Below, in pieces: positions 1-9,195 of a stretch of 64,000 bases of DNA. Within the stretch, counting starts at the first letter, position 1. Every line of letters begins with the position of its first letter. A model generated the notes under the pieces. It ran no database searches. It was given only the letters and a program-made list of their open reading frames with translations, and was not told where the DNA came from. Both the position numbers and the translations under genes were made by a program. This DNA comes from Candidatus Pacearchaeota archaeon (GTDB lineage Archaea; Nanobdellota; Nanobdellia; Pacearchaeales; GW2011-AR1). Where the stretch lies: positions 16,194 through 80,193 of the forward strand of contig VGKQ01000001.1 of the NCBI GenBank assembly GCA_016866995.1. Direction: 5' to 3'.

Positions 1-2
1 CA

Positions 3-194
3 GGAAAGAGAATAGTTGAGTTAAAGCAGGAAATTCTTGAGAAGCTAAATGGAAAAATTCAGGGCACAGAAGTTGCTCTTAGCATTGCAAGCGGAGAAGG
101 CAAGGAGCATATGGCTTTAATCTCTGCATTATTAAGCTTGCCTGTTGGTGTAAGATTTACTGCTCTGACTCAGGAAGGAATTATCTACTTGTAA
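3..194 (+). CDS. 3' end of a CDS that starts upstream of the window (C-terminal ~63 aa, ...SIASGEGKEHMALISALLSLPVGVRFTALTQEGIIYL*). Possibly a regulatory or ACT-like C-terminal domain
   Basis: An open frame runs in from the window edge to TAA at 192-194 and lies upstream of a SerB-like gene. The product assignment is only weak. Confidence 0.3.
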   Translation, partial: GKRIVELKQEILEKLNGKIQGTEVALSIASGEGKEHMALISALLSLPVGVRFTALTQEGIIYL

Positions 195-392
195 ATAAAT
201 AGGAGAAAAAACAAAATGACAGAATGTACTGACGGAGAATTTAATTCTGGAGAACCACAAAGATACACTACTTATTGTGTGATAAAAAATGGCAAGAGAG
301 AGTTAATAGAATTGGATACAGAATCAGGAATAGAAACAAAAATTAGTGTGCCTTTGGTATAATTTTATATATTTCTTAATCTTAACAAAAAC

Positions 393-1082
393 ATGAAAGC
401 ATTTATTATAAATGGCTCAGGAACTTTAATAGATTCAAGTTTATCTGGATTTGCCATGCTGGCAGATTCAATAGGAAAGAAGCAGGAAATGTTAGAACAC
501 CAAGCTCATTATTTTAAAGTCAGGCAGAAACACCCATGGGGCTCAGAAGAATTTGCAAAAATGTTTAAGGGAGCAAGCCAGGAATTATTAATGAAAAATG
601 CCCGCGAGATTGTAAGGAAAAATCTAAGAAACGGCTCAAGAGAATTAATAAATGAATTAAAAAATAAAAATTATCTGATTGCTTTTTATTCCACAGATCC
701 TTTGGAAATAGCTATTGCTATTCAGGAAGAACTTAATTTAGATAATGCATTTGGAACAGAATTTGAATATAAAAATGGAATTTGTACAGGAAATTTAAAA
801 ACAAAATTTGACAGATTTGACAGGGCAATAAAAATTAAAAAATTTATAGAAGAAAATAAGTTAAGGAAAGAGGATGTTTTTATTATTGGAGATTCCATTA
901 CAGTAGTTCCGTCAGCAGAACTTGGCAGAATTATAGCATTTAATCCAAAAAATCCAGAGCTTGAAAAAGTGGCAAAATTTAAAGTGAATAACCTCTCAGA
1001 AATTTTTAAAATTTTAGAGATAATGCTTATTTCAAATATCTTTTTTTTGTATCTTCATCTCCTTCCTGTCTTTCCCAAGTAA
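393..1082 (+). CDS. HAD-superfamily phosphoserine-phosphatase-like (SerB-like) protein with a degenerate motif I
   Basis: The C-terminal IIGDSITVVPSAELGRIIAFNPKNPE matches SerB motif IV (GDGANDxxMl..AGlGIAF). The N-terminal FIINGSGTLID aligns with the FDxDSTLI motif I but has N and S where the two Asp residues should be. Confidence 0.55.
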   Translation: MKAFIINGSGTLIDSSLSGFAMLADSIGKKQEMLEHQAHYFKVRQKHPWGSEEFAKMFKGASQELLMKNAREIVRKNLRNGSRELINELKNKNYLIAFYSTDPLEIAIAIQEELNLDNAFGTEFEYKNGICTGNLKTKFDRFDRAIKIKKFIEENKLRKEDVFIIGDSITVVPSAELGRIIAFNPKNPELEKVAKFKVNNLSEIFKILEIMLISNIFFLYLHLLPVFPK

Positions 1083-1982
1083 AACAACTCTTGATTCAAT
1101 TTTCTCGTCGAGAAAATTGTATTTTGGCAGAAATTTCAGCAGCTCAGATGCAAAATTTTTTATTTCTTCATGAGTTGGCATTCTGTCATATCCTAATCTC
1201 TTTCTTGCAAATCCAACAGAAACAAAACCTTTCATCTCCACGAATTGCGGAGAAGCTTTCTCAATCAACTTGGCATACTCTTCAATAAAATTATCAGACA
1301 TATTCAAATTTCTCACAAGATTAATTCTTATCACAGTTCTTGTTTTCAAATTTTTCATCAAGTTTAAAGTTTTCATCAGCTTTTTCCACGAGTTTTTTTC
1401 TTTATTTCTTGTAAATTCTCTAAATAATTTTTCTTGAGAGTAATTCAATGAAACATAAAGCTGAGTAGGCAAAGCATTTTTTTTCGCAAGTTCTTTAATT
1501 TTCTCAGGCAGCAGCCCATTAGTCACAAGAAAACTTGTAATTTTTCTTTTTCTCAATTCGAGAATTAATTCAGCAAGTTTTGGATAAATTGTAGGCTCTC
1601 CTGACAAAGAGATAGCAAACTGGCTCGGATTCTGAGCTTCTTTCCACTTTTTCAGATTTGTTTTTCTGCTTCCCTTGAAACCAGAAAGCATTTTTCTCTG
1701 CTGAAAAATGCTTTCATCAACTATTTTTTCTGGCTCATCAAATTTTTTTATCTTTCCATAATTCAATTCAATAGCTCTCCAGCAATGTACGCATTTGTTC
1801 TGGCACAAAAAACATAGAGACATCTGGCAGCATTTATGTGATTTTATTCCATAAAATTTTTCTTTGTAACAGCATCCTTCATCTCTCAATGATTTTTTTG
1901 TCCACCTGCATATCTGAATTCCAGAATGTCCAAATAAAGCATAATGCTGTTTCTTTAATATATTTTTGACTTTGGTATTCAT
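1032..1982 (-). CDS. taw1: Radical SAM tRNA 4-demethylwyosine synthase (Taw1/TYW1-like)
   Basis: CQNKCVHC is a CxxxCxxC radical-SAM cluster. There is an upstream Cys-rich KCCQMSLCFLC segment, and the length and N-terminus are typical of archaeal Taw1. Confidence 0.7.
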   Translation of the reverse strand: MNTKVKNILKKQHYALFGHSGIQICRWTKKSLRDEGCCYKEKFYGIKSHKCCQMSLCFLCQNKCVHCWRAIELNYGKIKKFDEPEKIVDESIFQQRKMLSGFKGSRKTNLKKWKEAQNPSQFAISLSGEPTIYPKLAELILELRKRKITSFLVTNGLLPEKIKELAKKNALPTQLYVSLNYSQEKLFREFTRNKEKNSWKKLMKTLNLMKNLKTRTVIRINLVRNLNMSDNFIEEYAKLIEKASPQFVEMKGFVSVGFARKRLGYDRMPTHEEIKNFASELLKFLPKYNFLDEKIESRVVLLGKDRKEMKIQKKDI

Positions 1983-2327
1983 CTTAAATTTTTTGTTTGT
2001 TTAGTTTAAAATTTAATGAGCCTGAAAATCTCTGATTTTCAGGATAAAAAAATTAGAAAAAGTTAAAATTTAAAACTATCGAATTTAAAAATAAAAAATT
2101 AATAAGAACTATCTTCTTTTTTTCTTTTTCTTTTTTGCCATTTTCCCCTCTTTTTATTGTTAATTTTGTTGCTAATTTAAATATTTTTTTATTTAAATAT
2201 CTTTCTATAATTTCAAGAAAAATTTTAATGCGAAGTTTTTTATCTGTATTTATACAGACATATTTTGGTTCTTTTCTAACTTTCTTTTTATTCTTTGGTC
2301 TTCTGCTTCTCTTCGAAAGAGAAGAAA

Positions 2328-2398
2328 TGGACCTGCTGAGAATTGAACTCAGGTTTATTCGTTGCGAACGAATTATTCTGCCGTTGAATTACAGGCCC
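2328..2398 (-). tRNA. tRNA-Ala (anticodon CGC)
   Basis: The minus-strand sequence GGGCCTG-TA-ATTC-AACGGCA-GAAT-A-ATTCG-TTCGCAA-CGAAT-AAAC-CTGAG-TTCAATT-CTCAG-CAGGTCC-A folds as a cloverleaf. It has the G3:U70 Ala identity pair and the A73 discriminator, and no CCA is encoded. Confidence 0.85.
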
Positions 2399-2442
2399 TT
2401 TCTCTGAAAGCCATCAGCTTTTCTTGCAAGTTTTTATTTTAA

Positions 2443-4023
2443 TTAAAAAATTGTATACACAAGCCACAATAATGTTAGAGCGAGAAATATTCCCACAATT
2501 ATATAAGTTAAAATCTTGTAGATTTTCTTGGCAGTTTCTTCCCTTTTTACAAAAAATAAAGCAGTCAAATAAAAAACTCTCCCCCCGTCAAATATTCCCA
2601 AAGGAAGCATGTTAAATATTGCAACACTTATGTTTATTATCATTATCCACCAGATAAGATTATAAATAAAAATTACGAGCTCCTCATTCCATCTTGCCTG
2701 ATAATATGTTTGTGAATCCTGGAAAAAAGAAAGCGCATCTCTTATTTTTCCCATTATGCCGCTGCTTGATGATGCAGATGTTGCTATCCCAAGATATGCT
2801 GCAGAACTGTTATCTGGCCTTTTTCCAAGAATTACATTATGCTCTTTTATTGAATTATTAAATAATGTTTTAATTTCAACACTGTCGCCCGGCTTCATTT
2901 TTAGAATCTGGCTTCTTAACTCTGCATTATTTTTTATTTTTATTCCATTAAATTCAGTTATTACTCCTGATAATCCCGCCCGTAATGCAGGAGAGTCTTC
3001 AAAAACAGCAATTAATGATGAATTCTGGGCAAGCATTCCAGATGTTGCAAAATAAGTTTTGTTTTCTGCTTCAATTTCAGTCAAATTTAATCCGCCATTA
3101 AACTTAACAAAAAAACCATCTTGAACTATTGTTATGTCTGAGACATTTATAGCAGCCATTGTATATGAACCAAAAATAACTCCCGATGGAACAAATGCAA
3201 ATGAAAAGAAAATCCAGAAAATAAAAAAGAAAATTATTGCAATAATCAGGTTGGAAAAAGTTCCGGCTATTAAAAATGGAAGCTGCTTTCTTATCTTCAT
3301 TTTCTTCACTTGGTTTTCATCTGGCTCGACAAAAGCCCCTATAAAAGGTAAAGTGATAAGAACTAAAATAATTCCAATTTCTTTCATATACGGAACCCCT
3401 AATAGAGATAAATACCATAAACTTCCAGTTATAATCCCCCCAAGTATTATAATTATTATTACTGAAAGAATCACTGCATAAACTGGTTTAACCCTTTTTT
3501 TAAATTTATTATAAAAAAATAGAAAAATTCCTCCTAAACCCCATAGAAACGCAAATCCGGTTGTTTTTATTTTCACACCTTCTTTTTTTGCAAATATGCC
3601 ATGGGAGAATTCATGAATAATAGCAGTTATTGCAATGGCAACAATCCAGTACGTAAAATAAAAAGGAGGAAGCCATGTTGCATTAAATATCTGCGGAAGA
3701 TACGGAATAAGAGGAGCAATAGGAGGAATTTTAATCATTCTTACAAAATCAGGCAGCTTTATAAAAATATAAAGAAGCTGGATAAACATCCAAACCCCTA
3801 TAGCCATCATTAAATATCCTGCAATAATAACAACATAATCCATAAATCCAAGAAATTTGTTGTATTTTTTTCCGATATAATTTATTAATTTTATTCCTAC
3901 TTGTGTCCTATAAAGATACATCAACCCCTCTCTCTTCAAATTTTTTCTTCTCCTGTACAGAAATATAAAAACAATTAGAGAAAAAATTACAAGAAAGGTT
4001 AAATCATATATCACAAAGCTCAT
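2443..4023 (-). CDS. Site-2 protease family (M50) membrane zinc metalloprotease with a PDZ domain
   Basis: HEFSHGIFAKKEG is an HExxH motif within a TM segment. The C-terminal LPLGIFDGGRV is the M50 LDG motif. The protein has multiple TM helices and a central PDZ-like soluble segment. Confidence 0.75.
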   Translation of the reverse strand: MSFVIYDLTFLVIFSLIVFIFLYRRRKNLKREGLMYLYRTQVGIKLINYIGKKYNKFLGFMDYVVIIAGYLMMAIGVWMFIQLLYIFIKLPDFVRMIKIPPIAPLIPYLPQIFNATWLPPFYFTYWIVAIAITAIIHEFSHGIFAKKEGVKIKTTGFAFLWGLGGIFLFFYNKFKKRVKPVYAVILSVIIIIILGGIITGSLWYLSLLGVPYMKEIGIILVLITLPFIGAFVEPDENQVKKMKIRKQLPFLIAGTFSNLIIAIIFFFIFWIFFSFAFVPSGVIFGSYTMAAINVSDITIVQDGFFVKFNGGLNLTEIEAENKTYFATSGMLAQNSSLIAVFEDSPALRAGLSGVITEFNGIKIKNNAELRSQILKMKPGDSVEIKTLFNNSIKEHNVILGKRPDNSSAAYLGIATSASSSSGIMGKIRDALSFFQDSQTYYQARWNEELVIFIYNLIWWIMIINISVAIFNMLPLGIFDGGRVFYLTALFFVKREETAKKIYKILTYIIVGIFLALTLLWLVYTIF

Positions 4024-4125
4024 TTTTTTCTCCTTATCTTATTTAGTTAAAATGATTTTTTAAAGCTATGTTTCAGTAACAAAAAACCAAAAAATATTTA
4101 ATTAGTTTAAAATCTATAATAAATA

Positions 4126-4392
4126 ATGAGCAATGATTATATTCTTCCAAACGGAAAAGGAACCCGCAGTTTCAGAAAATATGTTAATGCATGGAGGGCT
4201 AATGGTGCAAGATTAGCAGAACTTTTTGGAGGAGGGCATACTTCTGCTTTTGACCCAGGATATGCAATTGATATTTCAACAGGAGGCAGAATTGAAATAA
4301 CAAGAGAAATTGGCAATAAACTACTTGGTTTGCTTGATGAAATTGAGAAACTTAGGCGAGAAAACTCAAGATTAAAAAGAAGATTGAAATAA
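4126..4392 (+). CDS. Hypothetical small protein (88 aa)
   Basis: An ORF with a basic, coiled-coil C-terminus and no recognised motif. Confidence 0.3.
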   Translation: MSNDYILPNGKGTRSFRKYVNAWRANGARLAELFGGGHTSAFDPGYAIDISTGGRIEITREIGNKLLGLLDEIEKLRRENSRLKRRLK

Positions 4393-4396
4393 TAAT

Positions 4397-4561
4397 TTAC
4401 TTCTTGCTAATCGGCCTGAATTTTTTCCCGCCGCACTTTCTGCATTTAGCAGTTCCTTCTGCTATCTTTCTTGCGTCTGCCCTCATCTTGCTTGAGCAGT
4501 TTTTGCATACAAAAACATTTTTATACAATCTTGCCATCGCCGCGGGAATTTTTGTTGCCAT
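4397..4561 (-). CDS. rpl40e: Ribosomal protein L40e
   Basis: Hand translation gives MATKIPAAMARLYKNVFVCKNCSSKMRADARKIAEGTAKCRKCGGKKFRPISKK. The C-x2-C...C-x2-C zinc ribbon and basic tail are typical of L40e. It is missing from the ORF track because it is under 60 aa. Confidence 0.8.
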   Translation of the reverse strand: MATKIPAAMARLYKNVFVCKNCSSKMRADARKIAEGTAKCRKCGGKKFRPISKK

Positions 4562-4696
4562 CTTAAAAATTTTTAAGATTTTTTGTTATTTTAATTTTAT
4601 TATTTTTTAATTTTGTTAATTAGCTGTAACTTATTTTTTACTTGTTTTGATTATTAATTTTTTATCTTTACTGTTTTTTGATTAATCTTTTTATTT

Positions 4697-5095
4697 TCAC
4701 CCGGAAACTCTCTTCAAAACTTTTACACTATCAATTATCCAGTATTCAGCCCGCTTTCCTTCTTGAACTTGAGATTTTGCTTCCTCATCTATTGTTATAT
4801 CAAATGTTTCAAAGCTTTCAGAGTCCATTACGCTTGCCTTCTCTCCAGAAACAGACAAAATTTGGCATCTTTTTTTCTCGATTAACGGAACTTCAAATCT
4901 CTCTCCTCCAGGAACAGCCACAATTCTCTTTTTTCCGTCAAGAATTCCAATGCACTCTATTCTGCACTTGCTTGCTCCGTGCTTTCCTGTCTTGCTTATG
5001 TCATTGCTCCTTACAGTGCAAGGCGCCCCGTCTACAATAATAGTTGTGCCCTCTTTTGCATCATGAGCATTTATTAATTTGTATGACATAATCAT
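4697..5095 (-). CDS. eif5a: Translation initiation factor 5A (aIF5A)
   Basis: The hypusination loop SKTGKHGASK is present, and the OB-fold length matches. Confidence 0.9.
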   Translation of the reverse strand: MIMSYKLINAHDAKEGTTIIVDGAPCTVRSNDISKTGKHGASKCRIECIGILDGKKRIVAVPGGERFEVPLIEKKRCQILSVSGEKASVMDSESFETFDITIDEEAKSQVQEGKRAEYWIIDSVKVLKRVSG

Positions 5096-5216
5096 TAAAT
5101 CAAAATTGCCTTTATAAACCTTTTTTATTCTTTAATAATCCCATTAATAATATTTATTAATAATAATTGTTTTATATTTTAGAAGAGTTTTTAAACCATA
5201 TTTATCTCGCTAATTA

Positions 5217-5867
5217 ATGTTGCAAAAAAACGATTTTATTGAGCTGGAATTTACAGGCAAAGTAAAGAATGGCGAGATTTTTGACACAAACATAAAAGAA
5301 GAAGCAAAGAAAATTAATCTTGAAATTGATACAAGACCATTAATAATTTGCCTCGGACAAAACATGATTCTTCCTGCAATTGACGAGTTTCTAATTGGAA
5401 AAGAAGTAGGAAAATACACTCTTGAACTTGAGCCAGAAAAAGCATTCGGCTCAAGAAACAGGGAAATGATAAAGACAATGCCTCTTAAGATTTTTCTTGA
5501 AAAAGAAACCTATCCTCATCCCGGAATGGTATTCAATTTTGACAATATTATGGGGAGAATTTCAGCAGTTTCAGGAGGCAGAGTTATTGTAGATTTTAAT
5601 CATCCTCTTGCTAATAAAACAGTTGTCTACGAGTTGAATGTAAAAAGAAAATCTGAAGATAACAAGGAAAAAGTAGAATGCCTGCAAATTTTCTTCTTCA
5701 GAAGAAAATTTGATTTCGAGATTAAAGAAAACAAGCTGATAATAAAGGCAGAAGAAAAAATCAAGCCCTTATTTGAAATATTCAAATCCAAGTTCAAAGA
5801 AATTTTAAATTTAGAGCTTGAAGTTGAAATTCTGCCTGAGAAAGCTGAAGAAAATCCTGAAAAATAA
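5217..5867 (+). CDS. FKBP-type peptidyl-prolyl cis-trans isomerase (archaeal long FKBP with IF insert and C-terminal domain)
   Basis: IVDFNHPLANKTVVYELNV is the archaeal FKBP signature. Confidence 0.75.
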   Translation: MLQKNDFIELEFTGKVKNGEIFDTNIKEEAKKINLEIDTRPLIICLGQNMILPAIDEFLIGKEVGKYTLELEPEKAFGSRNREMIKTMPLKIFLEKETYPHPGMVFNFDNIMGRISAVSGGRVIVDFNHPLANKTVVYELNVKRKSEDNKEKVECLQIFFFRRKFDFEIKENKLIIKAEEKIKPLFEIFKSKFKEILNLELEVEILPEKAEENPEK

Positions 5868-5998
5868 CATATATACGTTTTTATATAAAAACTTAAAAAC
5901 CTTCATTCTTTTAGTAAAACCATAAAGAGCACGCTCTTTAGGGCCCCGAAAATCTTATGATTTTCGTGGGAAACAAAACTCGCCTATAAGGATGAAAC

Positions 5999-7087
5999 AT
6001 GGCTGACATAATAAAAGTGGGTGAAAAAAGCCAGGAAATTATTGAAATTGACAGGGAGCTGGAAGAATTCTTGAAGAAACAAACAGCAAAGATAAAAGTA
6101 GTTGGAATAGGCGGAGGCGGAGGAAACACTCTTTCTAGAATGAGAGAAGTTGGAATTAAAGGAGGAGAAATGATTGCATTAAATACAGATGCACAGGACT
6201 TGCTTTATACAAATGCTGACCAGAAAATTCTCATTGGAAGAGAGCTTGCGCAGGGATTAGGAGCAGGAAGCAACCCAAAAGTCGGAGAGGAAAGCGCGCG
6301 AGAGGCAGAACACGAGATAAAGCAAAAGCTTTCAGGAGCAGACATGATTTTTATAACATGTGGATTAGGCGGAGGCACAGGAACAGGAGCTGCCCCTATT
6401 GTCGCAGAAATTGGCAAGAAGCTTGGAGCATTAATTATTGGAGTTGTTACCCTGCCGTTTACAATCGAAGGAAAAAAGAGAATTGAAAATGCAATGTACG
6501 GCTTGGAAAGGCTTGAGAGCATTGTTGATACATTAATCGTAATTCCAAATGACAAGCTTCTTGAGCTTGCTCCCGAGTTGCCTTTGCATACAGCTTTCAA
6601 AATAGCAGATGAAATTCTTACAAACGCAGTCAAGGGAATTACAGAACTTGTAACAAAAGTTGGCTTGGTTAACAGAGATTTTGCAGATGTAAAAGCAATC
6701 ATGAAAGACGGCGGAGTCTCGTTAATAGGAATGGGCGAGTCTGATTCACAGCAGAGAGCAATAGAAGCAGTCGAGAAAGCACTTGAAAATCCTCTTCTTG
6801 ACGTTGATGTCAGCAATGCAACAGGCGCACTAGTTAATATTATAGGCGGCCCTGATTTAAGTCTAGATGAGTCAAGAGTAATAATTGATTATGTTGGCAA
6901 GAAACTGAATGAAGATGCAAAACTCATCTGGGGGGCGCAGATTTCAGAGGATATGGAAAAATCAATTAGAGTTATGCTTATTATCACAGGAGTTCAGTCA
7001 GGGCAGATTCTCGGGCACGAGCATACAACAGTTGAAAAAGCCAAGAAAGATATGTCAGATGAGCTTGGTATTGAGTTCTTAGATTAA
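5999..7087 (+). CDS. ftsZ: Cell division GTPase FtsZ
   Basis: GIGGGGGN and the tubulin signature GLGGGTGTGAAP are present, with a full-length FtsZ fold. Confidence 0.95.
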   Translation: MADIIKVGEKSQEIIEIDRELEEFLKKQTAKIKVVGIGGGGGNTLSRMREVGIKGGEMIALNTDAQDLLYTNADQKILIGRELAQGLGAGSNPKVGEESAREAEHEIKQKLSGADMIFITCGLGGGTGTGAAPIVAEIGKKLGALIIGVVTLPFTIEGKKRIENAMYGLERLESIVDTLIVIPNDKLLELAPELPLHTAFKIADEILTNAVKGITELVTKVGLVNRDFADVKAIMKDGGVSLIGMGESDSQQRAIEAVEKALENPLLDVDVSNATGALVNIIGGPDLSLDESRVIIDYVGKKLNEDAKLIWGAQISEDMEKSIRVMLIITGVQSGQILGHEHTTVEKAKKDMSDELGIEFLD

Positions 7088-7209
7088 TGCTAAATAAGAC
7101 ACAAATTAATTAAAGCAATAAATTTGCAAATTAATTCTATAATTAGAGCTGCTAATAAAAGATTTAATCAGATAAATAACTTTAAAAATAACATTTAATT
7201 TAGTATTTT

Positions 7210-7377
7210 ATGAAGGAAAAATTAAAATCATTTTTTGAAAAATGTGTGAGAGTCTGGCTCTTGCTGAGAAAACCAAGCATGACAGAATACAAGACAATCG
7301 CAAAAGTTTCAGCTGTCGGAATACTTATAATAGGCTTGATAGGATTTATAATTTCAGTAATTATACACTTATTCTAA
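7210..7377 (+). CDS. secE: Preprotein translocase subunit SecE (Sec61 gamma)
   Basis: Hand translation gives MKEKLKSFFEKCVRVWLLLRKPSMTEYKTIAKVSAVGILIIGLIGFIISVIIHLF. It has the single C-terminal TM helix and lies in the conserved position upstream of Spt5/NusG and L11. Confidence 0.75.
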   Translation: MKEKLKSFFEKCVRVWLLLRKPSMTEYKTIAKVSAVGILIIGLIGFIISVIIHLF

Positions 7378-7645
7378 AAATTAATTATTATGTTTAGGTG
7401 TTCAAAATAGGACAATTAATTAAAACAATAAATTTTGGATTAATAAGCTAATAATAGAATAATTAAATCCAAAATCGACAGATTTATAAATGCCACATTT
7501 TAAATAATATAAACTTGTTCTTAAGAGATTAAGAGCTAGTGAGAACTTGCACGAGGCAAAATAAATAAGATAATAAAAAAATGAAATCAGCCATGAGCAG
7601 TAAATCAGCGGGAAAACTCGCCAAGAAAACCGGAGGTTGTCTGGC

Positions 7646-8146
7646 ATGATATTTGTAATAAAAGTAACAACAAACAAAGAAGATAAGGCAATGGATATGA
7701 TTATTGAGAAGATTGAGAAAAAAAATCTTCCTGTCCTAAGCATCTTCCGCCCGCATGGTTTGCGGGGATATATTTTTCTCGAAGCCAGTGAAAGAGATTT
7801 AGCAGAAGAAGCAGTATTTAATCTTCGATATATCAAAGGTATAATAGGAAAGACAATCGGCTACGAAGACGTGAAAAACATGCTCGAGCCAAGTGTTGCA
7901 GAAATGAAAATAGAGAAAAATGATATTGTGGAAATGATATCAGAGCCGTTCAAGAAAGAAAAAGCAAAAGTTATAAGAGTTGACAAGCAGAAGGGAGAGG
8001 CAGTAGTTACATTACTTGAGGCAGCAATCCCAATCCCAGTTACTGTAAAGCTTGATAATATAAAAGTTATAAGAAGAGAATCTGAAGAAGAAAAACAAGA
8101 GAAAGAGGAGGCAGAAGACACAGAGGAGGATTTCTTTAACCAATAA
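7646..8146 (+). CDS. spt5: Transcription elongation factor Spt5 (NusG)
   Basis: It has an NGN domain and a KOW motif (KAKVIRVDKQKGEAVVTLLE). The track ORF begins at a TTG (7637); ATG 7646 sits 10 nt after a GGAGG. There is an acidic C-terminal tail and the conserved secE-spt5-rpl11 order. Confidence 0.8.
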   Translation: MIFVIKVTTNKEDKAMDMIIEKIEKKNLPVLSIFRPHGLRGYIFLEASERDLAEEAVFNLRYIKGIIGKTIGYEDVKNMLEPSVAEMKIEKNDIVEMISEPFKKEKAKVIRVDKQKGEAVVTLLEAAIPIPVTVKLDNIKVIRRESEEEKQEKEEAEDTEEDFFNQ

Positions 8147-8176
8147 ATTTAAATATTAAACTTCAAGGAAATTAAA

Positions 8177-8887
8177 ATGATAATAAAATTATTAATTGAT
8201 GGTGGAGACATGAAGCCGAATGCGGCAATAAGCCAGAAGCTCGGCCCTCTTGGAATCAATATTGGAAAAGTTATTTCTGATGTAAATAAAGCAACTTCTG
8301 GATTTAAAGGAATGAAAGTTCCTGTCGAGCTTGATGTTAATCCAAAGACAAAAAGTTTTTCTGTCTCTGTTTTTTCACCTCCCACTGCTGAATTATTAAA
8401 AAAAGAATTGGGAATAGAACTTGCTTCTGGAATGGCAAAAAAACTGAAAGTTGGAAATTTATCAATTGAGCAGATAATAAAAATTGCAAAAATCAAGCAG
8501 GAAAACATGACATCATCAAGTTTAAAGGCAGCAGTAAGAAGTGTTGTTGGAAGCTGTGTTTCTCTTGGAATATTAATTGAGAATAAGGAAGCAAAAGAAA
8601 TTGAAAAAGAAATTCTGCAAGGAGTTTATGATTCTGAAATCAATTCTGAAAAATCAGAGGCAAGCGAGGATAAAAAGAAAAATCTTTCCGAGTTCTTTTC
8701 AAAACTGAAATCAAAACAGGATGAAATGCTCAAGAAAGAGGAAGAGGCAAAGAAGGCAGAGGAAGAGGCAAAAGCCGCGAAAACAGCAGCTCCAGGAGCT
8801 CTGGCAGCTGCAGCACCAGCAGCAGGAGCCAAGCCAGACGCAGGAAAGCCAGCAGAAGCAAAGAAGGAAGAAGTCAAGAAAAAATAA
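8177..8887 (+). CDS. rpl11: Ribosomal protein L11 with an unusual ~75-aa Lys/Glu/Ala-rich C-terminal extension
   Basis: The N-terminal 160 aa are canonical L11 (GPLGINIGKV..., KVGNLSIEQIIKIAK). The extension ends ...EEAKKAEEEAKAAKTAAPGALAAAAPAAGAKPDAGKPAEAKKEEVKKK. Confidence 0.85.
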   Translation: MIIKLLIDGGDMKPNAAISQKLGPLGINIGKVISDVNKATSGFKGMKVPVELDVNPKTKSFSVSVFSPPTAELLKKELGIELASGMAKKLKVGNLSIEQIIKIAKIKQENMTSSSLKAAVRSVVGSCVSLGILIENKEAKEIEKEILQGVYDSEINSEKSEASEDKKKNLSEFFSKLKSKQDEMLKKEEEAKKAEEEAKAAKTAAPGALAAAAPAAGAKPDAGKPAEAKKEEVKKK

Positions 8888-9184
8888 TTATCTCATTTTT
8901 GGTAATTCTAAGAAGATTATTGGATATTCTATGTCTAAACTAGAAAAACATCCATAAGGCTTGAAACCTCCTTCTTTACCCTTTCCAAGCAAATAAGCAT
9001 CTGCTCCCTTAGGAGCAATCTCTATTATCTTTTGTTCAAGTTCTTGTTTATGTCTCTCATGCAATCCTTTCACATCATTTGCACTATCTGTCATTATCTC
9101 CTTTGCACTTACATTTGTTCTTGCTAATTCTCTTACTCCATCTATCATTGCTAATTGTTCTTCTGTTATTCTTACAAGTGTCAT
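8888..9184 (-). CDS. Hypothetical protein (98 aa)
   Basis: ORF only. Confidence 0.3.
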   Translation of the reverse strand: MTLVRITEEQLAMIDGVRELARTNVSAKEIMTDSANDVKGLHERHKQELEQKIIEIAPKGADAYLLGKGKEGGFKPYGCFSSLDIEYPIIFLELPKMR

Positions 9185-9195
9185 TTTATTCTCTC

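Noticed and set aside
216-362. 48-aa ORF (MTECTDGEFNSGEPQRY...) with an upstream AGGAG
   Set aside because: It is too short, with no recognisable motif or conservation evidence. It is kept as a possible small protein but not called.
2135-2407. 90-aa + strand ORF (MPFSPLFIVNF...)
   Set aside because: It lies on the opposite strand to, and overlaps, the well-formed tRNA-Ala (2328-2398). Its low-complexity Phe/Leu-rich translation is typical of AT-rich noise.
4404-4610. 68-aa + strand ORF
   Set aside because: It is antisense to the L40e gene (4397..4561), which has a convincing zinc-ribbon translation, so it is a shadow ORF.
6205-6816. 203-aa minus-strand ORF inside ftsZ
   Set aside because: It is an antisense shadow of the highly conserved FtsZ coding region (Gly/Ala codons read in reverse).
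8721-8957. Gln/Lys/Arg-rich 78-aa ORF overlapping the L11 tail
   Set aside because: It is an alternative frame of the low-complexity GAA/GCA/AAG repeat encoding the L11 K/E/A-rich tail, so it is a frame artefact.
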